A stretch of 63,887 bases of DNA, filler included, from Neolecta irregularis DAH-3 (GCA_001929475.1; 7 parts of 7 records of this genome joined end to end with filler, not necessarily neighbours in it), one strand, 5' to 3'; counted from the whole stretch's first letter, positions 28,626-42,240 are shown. Notes: generated from the sequence alone by a model not told the origin. Made by a program: numbers and translations.

Positions 28626-29378
28626 ATGAATTATCACTATGATAGGTTGTGGAATTCATTTGCGGACGGCCAGGTTGCCTCGGAGCCTTATTTTTCACAT
28701 TCCCTTACTGCTGGAGATGATTTGAATTCGCGAGAACTGAATATGAATACACCAGCGGATACCGAGTATGTGTATCAATCTGTCGAATCGCCAGATATCT
28801 CATACCCGTCGGAAATAAGTCTGATGAAGGAGCGATATAGGACAATCTTCCGTTCATTGCACAATCGGAATGCAATCCTCCTTCAGAGTCTCCTTCAATC
28901 AAGTGAGGCATCAAATATGCCTAGCCGACGAATTAACCTCACTGAACGGCTTCAGGAGTCAGATCGTCAATTTGGGTATTTATGGACCGTTATCCACGAT
29001 ATCCTCAACGAGTTATCAGCGCCGCATAACGAAATAGAGGTCTTTCAACAAAGAGAATGCGAGTTCCTCAGGTATGCGGAAGAGCTTCGAATTGTCAACG
29101 ATAGTCTTGAGCGAGATTGTTCAGTTTTGAACGAGACAATGGAAGTTGGTGATGATGGACAAGTATCCAAAATCTTTACGCGTGTTTCTATCCCGGACCC
29201 TGCTAGGGATTTCCGCGAGAATGGAGATGAAGACCAAGATTATTGGTGTGGCAATGGCAATGATCATATATTGGAAGATTTTGAAAATCATCCATGGCAT
29301 CGCAATGGTGATCCGACTATAGGATTGGACCTGGTGGTACAAAATATCATGCAAGGTGGACGTCTAGGCGAAGGATAA
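28626..29378 (+). CDS. Hypothetical 250-aa protein with coiled-coil-like middle
   Basis: ATG-initiated intronless ORF; no recognised motif. Confidence 0.55.
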   Translation: MNYHYDRLWNSFADGQVASEPYFSHSLTAGDDLNSRELNMNTPADTEYVYQSVESPDISYPSEISLMKERYRTIFRSLHNRNAILLQSLLQSSEASNMPSRRINLTERLQESDRQFGYLWTVIHDILNELSAPHNEIEVFQQRECEFLRYAEELRIVNDSLERDCSVLNETMEVGDDGQVSKIFTRVSIPDPARDFRENGDEDQDYWCGNGNDHILEDFENHPWHRNGDPTIGLDLVVQNIMQGGRLGEG

Positions 29379-30173
29379 TCCGCCCACACAAGATGTTTTG
29401 TTTCAATCTGAGAGACTCGACTTGTATTTCCTATTGTGTTTGTTTTCTATTATTTGAACTTCAGGGGCATCCAAGGGATCTTCTGATTTGTCTTGAGCGA
29501 GGCAGGCAGTGGACGCGAATTTAAAACGAACAATCTACTAGAGTCTTGGTCTGGTAATATTTCGATATGTCATACAGAAAATGTTGCACAATAACATGTT
29601 TTGACTTTTGGATCCTTCTAGATTTTGCGGAAAAACAGAATCTATGTGGGTATTACGGATATGCGAGCGTTTCCAGGCGTAATTAGAGAACATGTTGTTT
29701 CTATCTAATTAGTCTACAAAAGCTCATAGGAAAGCTTTACAGAACTGGAAATTGCTCTTGGGGCGTGTATAGAAACCCAATGAAGAGAATTTATCGTGAT
29801 GTTATTTAACAAAGAACTTTTCGAACGAATATTTCTTAAGTAAAGTATAATTCTTTTTCTCGGGCTTCTTTTCATCATTCATGTTTTTCCAAGAACATTC
29901 TTTCCGGAACACGTTATACCAGACTTCATATGCGAACTTTCTGTCGGGGTTGACTTTACAGCGATCACCCACGTAATAAAGAACATCCGAGACTCGTGAT
30001 TGAAACCAATCACCAACTGAATAATTTATCGCCTGACCAAAGCAAGAGATCGTTTTGGTGGCTGGATTTTTTAGTGGGAGCACGCCATTTGTTTTGAACC
30101 TTACAACTTTGCATCAACAGAATTCACCACCATTCCAAGGAATAACGGCCATAACTGATAGACACAACCGACA

Positions 30174-33100
30174 ATGGAAGATCAATTGCCTCTACAAGCC
30201 TGCAAATCTTTAGCATTCGATAAAGAAAATCAGTCACCAGTACCAAAATCGCCCCCGAAACGCAAAACCAGAGCGCGATCCTTGGGAGGGGCGCAAGATG
30301 ATATAGCAATAGAACTATCTAGGCCATTGCGTACACGGGAATCAAGAGCTAGTTTGGTAGGTTTTAAAGGCAAGGATTCAGTTGATGGTACAGGCACCGG
30401 GAAAAGGAATTTTAAAATCCACTGTCTCATACCATGATGACTTTCAATCGAACCATACCGTTATCGGAGTTATGGCTGTTGCGCTCAAGGAAGAGGAGGA
30501 TAAAGAAACGGACGAAGAAATGAATCGACGACGAGAGAAACGCAAAAGTTTGAACAGACGAGTTAGTTTCGCTAGTCATGCGACAGTCAGGTATCTTTCT
30601 ATCGCTTTTCGCCATTCTAACCACTCAAGGACTATACCCCGGGAGGAAATCCCGTCGACTCCTGTTCAAACAACGCCCAAGGACAATTCAACCAAGCAAA
30701 GTCCAGGAACTCCAAGTCAACAGCGCGGGTAGCACTCGACCCTCAAACCCAACTTTCTCATCATTAGTACTAGCCAAGACTCTCCGCTTCTTGGTAAGAA
30801 AGCTTCAAGGTCTCTCCCGACTCGACAATCGCCTCGCAGACGCTCAGCTCTTGCGTTTAGCGGGCCGCCGAACGACAATGGCGAAGCCAGTATGGATCTT
30901 GCAAGTGATGAACCCTTTCAGAACGCTCCGGTTATTGCAACTCCATCATTCCTTGTCAATGAAATCGAATATCCCGAGAACGGCGAGATGACTATGGATG
31001 TTACCGGGACATATTTTGGGTTTCAGAAGGATCAAGGATTAATATCACAAAGGACTCTTATGATTAATGGAATCGATAACAGATTGAACGACGAGAAAGG
31101 TAAACATCTTTTTTCGGGTCTATAGGCGACAGGCTCACTTGTAGGAGCTGATTTACCGACTGACTTTAACGGCATCTCGCCTTTTGGAGGAACCACAATG
31201 GAGTTTACCAATGCCTTTGGGCAGATTCTGCAAGCCTCGCCGACCAGACTACTCACACAACCGAATTTGCTAGCATCTCCCATGTTCCGTTCCACATCTC
31301 AAGACCTTAATGGAGAGGAAACCCCTATGAGTAGTCCTTTCATACCACTTGTACCAAAATCCCGTACCAATCAAAGGTTCGATATCGACTTTGCACAAGC
31401 CTGTTCCACCCGCCAAGGTGAGAATACAACCCTCGATATGGAGGAAACTCGCATATTTGGCGGGTTTCGTGCAAGTACGGGCCAAGCTAGAAACAGTTTT
31501 CAAGAAGATGACCAAACATCAGATATGGATCTAACAAGACCGTTCACTTTGCCAAAGAATATCTCGCCTGCCAAGGGTGATGATGAGACTCTTGATATGG
31601 ATTTCACCAGAGCTTTTCCCCAAAGAGTTAGCGAAATCGACCAGTGCACAATTGATATGGATTTCACGAGAGCCTTTTCGGGCAAACCTCGCCAAGATAA
31701 AGACTTTACAGTTGACATGGGAACGCCAAGAACTTCGACCCCAGCAAAGGAAGATAATTTAACCATAGATATGGATCTCACTCAACCGATCTCGATATGC
31801 CGCTCGAATGTAGATCAATCAATCGATATGAACATTATGCGCGGCTTCTTCGCATCGCCTCGTCGTGTTCAAGGTCATGAGGATGTTACAACGGACATGG
31901 ATATTACCAGATCGATTGCCGCTCCTCCCCAACGTCCAATGAAGCCAGGTCAAGCTGCAGTCGACGCTCTTCTTCGAAAGCCAAGCTCAGGCTCATCACA
32001 ACGACAATCTTATCCAACGTTAAATAGCATCAAGCTCGGCTCACCAAAGGCGGTAAATATGTTATCAAAGCGGAAGAGCATCGCTGCAGTTGAAGTCTTT
32101 ACGCCCACTAAACTTTCCCTCAACGAAGCTTTGAAGAAAGAAGTATTCGGTGCAAATATTGATACACCGACTAGCTCATCAAAGCATCTTCGTGAGATGA
32201 TCAAAGTTATGACTCCGAAGAGAACTGAACGTACGCCACTGATGGAGGTGAACTTGTTGAAGAGAACTCGAGATGTTGACGACGAGCCGAGTCCTATTCA
32301 AAAGAAACGAAGGAGTATCAGTCCACTGAAGAAAGCAATAGCTCATTCTGTCATCAAAGATCACGAGAGTCCGGTAAAAGAATCTAGCATTGACGTATAT
32401 GAAGAGGAAGATAGCGAGAACGTATTTTTCTCCCTCATTGTGAGACTGATATTAGTCGCCACCTGCAATTACTCTTGAGGAGTTTCTAAGGATGAGCGGG
32501 ATATCATTCCTCGATGGCCTTACCACCACCCGAAGACGAGAGACCATGGTCCTGCCACCATCACTTCTACGAACTCCGGTTCTCTCGGATTATGTTCACG
32601 CTTCATTAGTCACCCTACCAACACTTGAACTCTACCAACATGTACGATTTCTCCCTAATCTTCACTAATATCAAAGTCTTGCCGCGAATTGAAGAATTAC
32701 ATAACGGAAGGAACAAACATGTGTGCCCAAATTGAACATGATATTTTTGAAGAACAACCCGAAATGTTTCGCGAATACATCCGCGCAGATTTGGAAACTC
32801 GATCAATTATGGATGCTCAATTTCGGTTGATTAAAAATTATACTAGAGCCCAAGCACGGGGTGTTTGGTACGTTTGGCGGGAAAAACTGCTTGAAGGATT
32901 ACTTGTTGGTCTTCGAGATGGATTGAAAAATCTTGTTGAGGTTGTCATCACTTATAAAAATTGTACTAAGCGTTTTAGGATGAATCCATCTTGAAGGACG
33001 AAAAAGATAAAGTAAATGGTGTTATGCCGGAGATTAGGGAACACCATTCTGAGCTCAAAGTTCGTTTGGCAGAAGCTAAGCGACGGAAAGTTGCCTTTAT

Positions 33101-34020
33101 GGAAATGGACAAAGAAGAAATGGATCGTATTGCCGTCCGTATTAAAGTCGCGGAAACAGAAGCATTCACTCGCAAAGAGGAGGCTATGTCGATCCAACAA
33201 GAAGTTGCTTCAATTACGGAAAAAGTCAAGGCTGTAGAGACACAAATTCAACAAGCTCAGAATGAGATTGTTTCTGCTGAAAAAGTCTGCGAAGAAAACC
33301 GACCTGTGGATTTCTCCCAAGTGATCTTGTTGAGAGGTATGCAATTATAAGATACAGCGCTTAACATGCAGGGAAACTTGAATGGATCGAGCGATGTACT
33401 GGGTGGAAAGTACTTAAAGCATCGACTGGCATACTTGTACTCAAGTTTAAGGATGAAGTCAAAGTCGTATTTTCACATGGTCGCGGTAAGATTGAGTGGG
33501 TTGGCAAAGCAAGTTCAGAGGTATACCTATCACATACACTCATCACTGATCAATCAGGAGGTTGCTGTTCACTATTTCATCGACTTGATTCAGGGCAAAT
33601 GTGTAGGGAGTATACCACACGTATGGTTAATTTTCCGGATGAATACTGAGCTACCAGGTCCTATTAACTGTCGCGAGGGATTGGAGCATTTCCCATGAGA
33701 TAATCCGGGAGTTGTATCTTTTGCGACTTCGGCATCCAGTTTCATACACTATTATGACCACGTCATTGTCCCCGAAACTCCGTGCAACTGCAAGACTGTT
33801 CTTATCCTCAAGTCGCGCCAAGGTGCTTATTCACTTTGACATTTCCGAGAAGCTTCTAAATGAATATCCTGATTTTCAATCTGTTGAAACCAATGTCGAA
33901 AGAGTTTATGGCGATTTAAATCTGCATGAAGCTGAGAAGAGTATTCTTGGTCGGGTTGGAGGAAGTGGATGCGAGTCTTGGCGAGCTGCCTGCGGGGAGT
34001 TGGAGGAAATATTTGGATAG
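30174..34020 (+). CDS. SPC105: Kinetochore scaffold Spc105/Spc7/KNL1
   Basis: GILK and RRVSF PP1-docking motifs; many MELT-like repeats (MDVT, MEFT, MEET, MDLT, MDFT, MDIT); C-terminal Spc7 domain (LEEFLRMSGISF, ARGVWYVWR). Confidence 0.92.
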
Positions 34021-34226
34021 ATTTTGTTCATTTTGTTCTTATATTCTACTTTCTTTCACATTGTTTCTGTCTCTTTGGAGTGATTTGTATTTGGGAGTTT
34101 GAATCATTGGCAGTGGTAGACTTATCTTTTTATTAATTAAGGGCATATTTCTGGACTGCTCTCAATTCCTCTGTCTCTGGTCCACCACCAAAGAGCTCGT
34201 TCGATAACACAGCTGAACTAACCATC

Positions 34227-34830
34227 ATGGCAACAGAGCTAACTGTATGCTCATCTTCACCCAAATCGCATAAACTAAAGAAAATAATAGGTCCAGTCCG
34301 AACGGGCCTTCCAAAAACAGCCCCATATCTTCCAGAATGCCAAAATCACTGGTGCCAAAAAGACAAAGACGGCAAGGTGGTACAAAGACGTAGGTCTCGG
34401 ATTCAAAACTCCCAAAGAAGCGATCAGTGGAGACTATATTGGTACGCAAAATTTTGAGGAATTGGGACTTACTACGAAATAGACAAAAAATGCCCATTCA
34501 CTGGGCAGATTTCCATCCGAGGACGAATTCTCACTGGAGAAGTCAAATCAACTAAAATGCACAGAACTATCATTATTCGAAGAGAATACCTCCATTATAT
34601 CACAAAATACAACAGATATGAGAAACGACACAAAAATTTGGCTGCACATATCTCACCCTGTTTCCGTGCTGAAGTTGGTGATATTGTGACTGGTACGTCT
34701 TGTGTTATCTGCGTGATCTGATGGACAAACAGTTGGACAATGTCGACCTCTTTCAAAGACAGTGAGATTTAATGTGCTTCGGGTCGAGAAGAAGAAGGGA
34801 AAAGCTGCTAAACAGTTCACCAAGTTTTAG
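34227..34830 (+). CDS. RPS11: 40S ribosomal protein S11 (uS17)
   Basis: [64 protein letters not shown]; 3 introns. Confidence 0.96.
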
Positions 34831-34924
34831 ATAGACTAGGCCTGGGGAGTAGATACTGTCGAAATTTATAGTTGATTAGCATATCTTTCGATTTGCCTGC
34901 TGTTTTGTGAACGCCCTTCCTCTT

Positions 34925-37900
34925 ATGGCCGACAGTGTCCTAGAACCAGAGGTTTGTTATCATAATTTGAAATTCTCATTCCTATCGTAGCTGCTCGGCC
35001 AGATTCTCCCAGTCACAGCCGTTTCGTTTTCCAATAAGAAAACCGTCCTTATTGGCGAAGGTAGCTGTCTTGCAATTTTCGATGTGGATTCCGAAAAATT
35101 CATCTCAAAACATAGACTTTGCATAGAAAAGATATTAGGAATCTCATATGGTTCGTATCCATGGAGCCCGATATTGATAATGCAGATATCAAGAGCGATA
35201 GAGCACTGATCTGGGGAAATAACACTCTCGCTGTTTTGTCATCGCCAAATTTCGATTCACCAAAATATATTACAACTAACGACTGGATACACCATGCGAT
35301 GCTTCTATCAAAATACGAAATCGCTGTTCTTACAGCGCACAATGCTGTCACGATTTACAACATCACGTCATCTTTTATTCGGCAAGTCTTTTGTGTCGAA
35401 CAACCTCTTTTATGCTCCGGAAAGTTATACCTGACGGACGATGGGACCATCAAAGTAGTAGCCGGGACGATATTCAACTACATTCAACTATGGACCGTCG
35501 GAAAGTCTGAAAAATCAACTATTGATTATCAAATGACAACTCATGAGGGAACTGTCTTTGGAACAGCAGTTAGTCCATCAGGAAATTATATCGCTAGTTG
35601 TTCTGATGATAGAACCGTCCGGATATGGACTTGTCATGGAAATGAAATTGCCGTTGGATGGGGTCATGAAGCCCGTGTCTGGGGAGTTCAGTTTCTCGAA
35701 GAGTCCAAGTTAATTAGTTGGGGTGAAGATACAACTGTTCGCTTATGGAATCTTCATAATGGGAAGCTAGAGGCTATAAAAGTGTTTGAAGGTCATGAAG
35801 GAAAACACTGTTGGAGTGCTCATTGTTTCAATGGCAGGATGGTCAGCGGTGGAGCCGATGGCCGAGTGAGAATATGGGATTTGGAAGAAACCGGAAGTGC
35901 GCTGCTCATTCGACGTGGGATATACTGATCTTGCAGTTGAGCGTCTTAGTTTGGATCTCAGCAAAGCCTACGAAGAACTTGGACTAACCTTTCCTTTAGA
36001 GGAGCGGTATATCTCGTTCTGTTTGATTGGACTGGAGAAGGCTATTGCATCGACTTACTTGGGGTATTGCGTTTGCCAACTAACATAACTAATAGAAAGC
36101 AAAATTATGATTTACCACATAGCAACACACAAATGGCGTCTTCTGTTCGATGACGCGCGGTTTTTCAGATCTTCATTTGTAAAATATTGGGAAAATATGA
36201 ATTATATTGGTATAGCCGATCGAAATGGGAAATTACTTCTTTTGAATGCAACCTTCACTATCATTAAAGAATTTGAAATACAATCCGAAAAGATTATGGA
36301 ATTACTTTCTTCGCCTACTCAAAGCAATATTTTATTACTTACTCGCACTAATTCCAAGGTCTGGTTTCATATTATCGAACAGGCATACCATCTGTCTTCA
36401 CCATAATTCTAACAGACTAGAATCTCGAAAAATCGTTCTATGAAATCATTTTACCACCTGATTTCGAGTTCGCATCTTTTGCGTATGACATATCCACAGC
36501 AATACTCGTGTTGGGATCACGACAGGGTGCAGTTTGCTTTTATATCCTACCTACAATCACAACATCTATTCCACTTGAATCAGTCCGATGTTGTCGAAGG
36601 TTGCATGGACGGGAAGGTGTTCGGAAAGTTTCTCTACAAGGCAATGACCTGTTGACCTGTGGGCGGGATGGATTTTACAATCTATATGCAATTTCCCCTT
36701 CTTACGATTTGATTCAAACCCATTCTTTCAAGGCTCCCAAAGGAACAATCGAACAAGTATTCTTGCGCCTCCTGATGGTTTATTTTTCTAACATCTGAGA
36801 TATTAACAAGGGCCGGCCGCAAATACGTCTATGGTTTCCACGACCAGGACTTCTACTTCTCCGACGAAAGCAGTTGCTTTCAGATTTTTCATGAAGATTG
36901 TGGTGGTTCGAAGCGGATATGGGATTTTCATGTTGATGAAAAATTGCGCTCTACACTGATATATATGAGACAAGGGCAGGTACATTTTGATCTTTTTATC
37001 AATAATCTTAGTTGGTTAGCTACACATTCGCATTGATAATGCAGAAAGTGCAGATACGGTTGCTCAAGAAGGAACACATGGGCGCGAGATCCGGGCGTTG
37101 TCGATTCGACCCCAGCCTACTGAACGTGAAGGAACTGTTTTCGCCACAGGAGCGGAGGATTGTTACATTCGAGTTTGTTTACGTATGCATACTCTTCTTG
37201 TCAAGATTCTGATTACAAAAGTTCGAATGAACGACCAGATAATGACTCTTCTTCGACTCAAAAAGCATAATACCGGAATACAAGCGCTGTCCTGGTCATC
37301 TGATGGCAAATACCTATTCTCGAGTGGTGGTCTAGAGGAATTCTACGTATGGAAGATATCTGACTCGAAAAATGGTCCGATAAGAGCCGTCCTTGCTTCA
37401 GAATGTCCAACAGTTAGTATCCCTCCAGATCTTCGAATCACTAGTTTCGATATTCGGGAAGAGAAAAATGAGAATTTTGTGATAGTTATAGGGTATTCAA
37501 ACTCAGATGTCAAGATATGGCTGTATAATGAGAGTACAGGCTTCCGAATTATCGCCGAAGGAACATGGACGCAATGCTGTATCATGAGTGTGAGAATGCT
37601 AGGAGAGGTCTTTATGACAGCAGGTACAGACGGGCGGATTGTTTTATGGGATATCAGGCAAGTCTTGGGTAATATCAACCGGTCCACCATATTTCGTTTA
37701 AAAAAACCTTTCTGTGTAATTGCACTCCACCAGTCGAGTATCAAGGCCATTGAGGTTGTGCAAGTCGAAGGTATGGAGCCTACGTGGCCCTATGCTGATC
37801 TTGTAGATCACCAATGGAAACTCTCAACGGGTGGGGATGACAACGCATTAACCAAATCAGTCCTCAAAATTGACCCATGGATTCCGTCGGCAATGATATC

Positions 37901-38183
37901 ACAACTTGTTCAGAACGTAGATGCACATGCTGCTTGTGTAACCGGCGTGATGTTGCTCGATGATGTTCTTGTGTCTGTGGGGCTTGATAGGAAAATGAAG
38001 TTTTGGTCTCCAGAGCTTCGTTGTGTAAAGGAACTGAAGCATGGCGTTGCCGATCCCGGGGGTATCATTGCCATTTCGGGTGGTGAGCGACGTATTGTTC
38101 TCTTTGGAATCGGGATACAAGTGTATAGAGTCTTAGGGCAACCGGAAAATGAAACCCGAATGCTGAGAAACGATCATCACTAG
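34925..38183 (+). CDS. WDR6: WD40 protein WDR6/Trm734 (Rtt10)
   Basis: IASCSDDRTVRIW, WGHEARVW, GHEGKHCW, GTHGREIR, FSSGGLEE, HQSSIK, TGGDDNA, AHAACVTG; start placed by eye. Confidence 0.85.
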
Positions 38184-38499
38184 CTGGGGTTTGCCAAGAT
38201 CAGGAATATTTTTTAACCTGGCAATCCCTCTCCCTCTGTTTTAGGCGGTATAACCAAGAACGTCAGTCTAGCTTCGAGGAATATATGTAGCATGAGCTCT
38301 GAAATCTCAAAATCGGACCTCATCGCTGGTTCGAACGAGCTACTTAAGAACACCGTGATAAGGAGACTATTAGGGACAAATTGTGACGAAGAACGACTGA
38401 TTATATAGACCAGACAGCATGGTGAAACCGAACGTTTAGGAGAAAAAATGTGGATAATCCAGACGACTGATGTATCGCCAAGTATAATTTACTGTACAA

Positions 38500-39040
38500 A
38501 TAAAACACTAGTCGGGCAAAAATGAGCTCCAAAGATAGAGACGTCCGAGACAAAACAAGCATGACTAAAGCAATTTGGCTTGCTTCCTCACCCGGCCATG
38601 GATTGAAGTGCCATCTCTGAATTTTTCGAAATACTCTTCCATAAGTGCTGGATAATTCGTTAACTGGTGTGCAGACATCTGTTACAATCAGATTTTATTG
38701 AAGATAATGACCATACCTCCAGGATCAGATTATTCCTGAACAAAACCTTAAAAATGGTCCGTCCAGATCCTGCCTTCATTGCTTCCAATATTTCCAGTGG
38801 AATAAATTCATCAAAATTATATATATAAGATGAGGCATCTTCAGGTAATGGTGGAACAACAATTATAGGAGCCAGCTGGTCTGTAGATGACAGAGGGGAT
38901 TGATGAAATACCGAAAACTTGGATTTGATAGATATTGAATCAGAAGGTGGAGGTGTAAGGGCTTGAGGTTTATGGATATAACTAAAAGGTGCAGCATAAG
39001 ATGGTTCCATAAAAGTAGAGATGTTAGGAAAGGTAACCAA
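38500..39040 (-). CDS. Possible degenerate chromodomain-like gene or gene relic
   Basis: FIPLEILEAMKAGSGRTIFKVLF..., 38-nt GT-AG intron 38679-38716, then MSAHQLTNYPALMEEYFEK; weak chromo-like pattern; ends uncertain. Confidence 0.3.
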
Positions 39041-39499
39041 AATTGTGGAGTTAAGGCAAGTGGTTGCAAAATTATGGAGTTGAGGGAAGTGGTTGGTTAG
39101 TTTCTTGATTTGGAAACTAGGGAAAATTTTATCCTATTTCCCTGTCTCCTTTGGGTTAAGAGGCTATATGAAGAATTTATCAACTACAAATTTACTACCT
39201 ATTTTGGATTTGGTGGTAAAAGGTAGCTAAATATAAATTAATTTATATTCTAACTTGTTTAAACTTATAAGTTTACTATAAGTATATTGGTATTGTAAGC
39301 ATGCCAAAAGGGCATACTTCACTGAGAGGACCAGAGTAACTTAGAACCAGTATATAACAGAAGTAGGTACAAGGTGGAGGTTAGCCAAAGCTAATAGGAA
39401 CTATATAATCACAATAGCCCTTAATTACTAAAAGGATATCAACCACCATAACAGGTACAACAATAAGACAACATAAAACAATAGAGAGAAATGTAAATG

Positions 39500-39717
39500 T
39501 AATAAGCATATATAATTCTGGATGTCTATCTAAATATTGGCAAGGGAACTAACAGGTGGGTGGGCCAAACAGGTCAAACAGGCAAGCGAGACAGGAGCAT
39601 GAGGCAGGTGTGCAAGGTGGGAGAGGTGTGCGAGGTGGGCGAGATGGGAGCTGGAGATGGGATAGGCGGGATAGGCGGGATAGGCGGGAGAGGCGGGAGA
39701 GGCGGGAGAGGCGGGAG
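39500..39717 (+). repeat. Repeat family A copy 1 (AT-rich head plus GGGAGAGGCG-rich tail), truncated by gap
   Basis: TATATAATTCTGGATGTCTATCTAAATATTGGCAAGGGAACT matches copies at 42039 and 45308. Confidence 0.8.
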
Positions 39718-39817
39718 NNNNNNNNNNNNNNNNNNNNNNNNNNNNNNNNNNNNNNNNNNNNTTAATTAATTAANNNNNNNNNNNNNNNNNNNNNNNNNNN
39801 NNNNNNNNNNNNNNNNN

Positions 39818-40015
39818 AAGAAATGGTCAGATAGAAATCATTCTATGTTAGCAATTTTGGTTATTTAGTGAATATTGTATTGCGCCTATCCTAATTGTCA
39901 AAAAAAACGGTTTGACCTACCCGTCCGCTGGAGGGTCTCTGGCGGGGTCGGGCGGGCGGGTGGACACACTGTAGAAAAATTTATCTAGCAAGTCCAGACA
40001 AGCAAGTCCAAACTT
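39818..40015 (-). mobile_element. Non-autonomous DNA-transposon end (CAGTGTGTCCA terminus, CCCG subterminal repeats)
   Basis: About 200 bp homologous in inverted orientation to 61900-62130. Confidence 0.7.
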
Positions 40016-40109
40016 AGGGCGACGAGCTAAGTTATACTGAATTTTCAAGGATTGACCATTTTGTGTGTTTAAAGTTTAGGAGGTCTGGGGGTCTAGGGAG
40101 TCGTTGTAA

Positions 40110-40245
40110 TCTTCGGCCCATTGCCAACACTGGACGCCACCACCCAAATTGGTTGTCACATGTTAGGCCCGGCCAAAGCCCTTGGGCCGGTCCATGAAAA
40201 AGCCCATGGGCCGGGCTTGTAGCCCATGCCCCATCCGCAACACTG
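40110..40245 (-). mobile_element. DNA-transposon end (CAGTGTT terminus, GCCCATGGGC subterminal repeats)
   Basis: Reverse complement matches 63673-63760 (GGGCCTAACATGTGACAACCA.TTTGGGTGGTGGC). Confidence 0.7.
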
Positions 40246-40466
40246 TTATACACTTTATGGTTCCGGCCTTTTAAGCTCCAGAAACGAGCCACTGACCATT
40301 TCCTTCCTATGGATGCAGCAATAAAACGTACATCTATTGGCTGATACCATCCTGTTTTTCCGGATACAGTAATAAATCGTATATCAGTTGGCTGCCGGAA
40401 CCGCGCATGTCAGGTTAATAAATGGCTCTCGATTCGGCTGATTTCTAGATCTTTGATCTTTTCGCG

Positions 40467-41705
40467 ATGCGCTTTCTCAAAATTGTTCTGTTATATGCTG
40501 CAGCTTCCCAAGCTGTTCCAATGTGGAATCATTTCGTGAACTCGATTGGTTAGGCATTAGCTGAGAGAGAGTGACTAATCGATTTAAGCTGCTCCAATGT
40601 TCACTAGTCTCGTGAACTCAATTGGTTAGGCATTAGCTATAAGAGAGTTCCTAATCAATAAAGCTACTAGTGTGAGAGATGACATTAGGTATGATATGGA
40701 TTACGATTCGGATGAACTGGATACGAAAGAACCCATTGCAACACTGTATCTTGATCAACTCAAAACTCATCTGATGTTCCTAGTCTTGACAGTCAAACAG
40801 ATTTTATCACCCCTGTTCGCCAAATATCTCATGATCTCACCGTTCTTGATAAATATGAATGGAGAACCCTTGTCCACAGTCTATCCTCTGTATCGGGCCA
40901 ATATATCGATGGTTTTGAAACAGAGTTTGTACTAGGTTGCAGAGCAGCCGCACTAGAAACCGATAATATACCCTCGATTTCTATACAGGAAACTTTTCTA
41001 TCGGATTCTCTCAATCGAAATTCGCTCATTCGCGCACTCATGTCATGGAGTTCTACAAATCCCAAATCTTCGGATCACTTTGATCAGCTCATATTGATAT
41101 TTCTCAAGCTTTACGGACCCAGAAAACATCAGTATTCAGTCGGGTCATATTACTATGCTGAAGGTGAATATAATGCAATGGTCGTTTCATTTGGGCCAGG
41201 TCATTATATAACAATAACTGATGAGATCTCATACATATCTGCAGATGGTATCTTTGACGAAGAAGAGAATAGAGCAATGGAAGCTGTCTCCCTATACCTA
41301 CAATGCTCAGACCGTGTACACAGTGGGAGAAGATACTCGAACCTTCGCCGGGCAATAAAAGAAGGCCTAATCAAAACAGGAATTCAGATAAAGCATGTTA
41401 ATTTAAGTCAAGAGGGTGTATCTAAGCCTATCCTCCAGCAAAAAACAGCAATAGCGGTGGTTGATCACATTTCATATAAACTCCTTGGTTATGGTGTTCC
41501 CCCTACAAAGTTTGGATGCGACCTTCCTGAAGATATAGTTCGCGATATGATTACATTCGTACTATCATGGGATTACAAGATTCTTCAAAGCGATTTCGAA
41601 ATTGATAAACGTTACCATCAAATGTTGAAAAGTGGAAGCACGACATCCCCGAAAGACTCTTCTATGGTTGATTTCCTTTTTTCTAAAGACAAACACCACA
41701 CGTAA
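40467..41705 (+). CDS. Putative secreted protein of unknown function (about 370 aa, 3 introns)
   Basis: Signal-like MRFLKIVLLYAAASQA-VP; introns 40549-40588, 40625-40663 and about 40746-40783 join in frame to ORF 41040-41705; paralog at 45309. Confidence 0.75.
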
Positions 41706-41852
41706 AGGTGTAGTTCAACAGACAATATTGTAATCCAATGTGTTTTTCGTTTAATGAGTAATGACTTTCTCTTGCCTTCCATACAAATAACATCTATGTT
41801 TCTTCGCATATGAAAACGATAGTGATACAGAGACTAGGGAAAATAATGCAAG

Positions 41853-41950
41853 CAGTGTGTCCATCAATCAATCAATTGAAAAAATATCTTCAATGAATCA
41901 ATCCCTGAGGGCTGGATTGATTGGACCAATTGGATGGATTGATCATTTTT
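41853..41950 (+). mobile_element. DNA-transposon end CAGTGTGTCCATCAA with ATCAATC/GATTGAT subterminal repeats
   Basis: Same CAGTGTGTCCA terminus as 39971, 61945 and 63610. Confidence 0.55.
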
Positions 41951-42038
41951 ACTCTTTTTTTATAATATATTTACATCAAGAAAAATGGAAGTTAGACATG
42001 TAGATGAAATTTTAAGATCATTAGGACAGGGCAGGAAT

Positions 42039-42240
42039 AGTATAAATTGCTATATTATGTATATAATTCTTGATATCTATTTAAATATTAGCAAGGGGAC
42101 TGACAGGCAGGTGGGCAATGTGGACAAGATAGGTGGGTGAGACAGGAGCAAGAGGCAGGCACACAGGGTGGGAGAGGCGTGAGGTGGGAGAGGCGGGCGA
42201 GACGGGTGAGAGAGGCGGGCAAGACGGGTGAGAGAGACTA
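42039..42240 (+). repeat. Repeat family A copy 2
   Basis: AGTATAAATTGCTATATTATGTATATAA (28 bp) is the exact inverse of 45281-45308, followed by a GA-rich tail. Confidence 0.85.

Noticed and set aside
31123-31125. In-frame TAG in SPC105 suggesting readthrough or editing
   Set aside because: It falls in a plausible 45-nt GT-AG intron (31100-31144) that preserves the frame.
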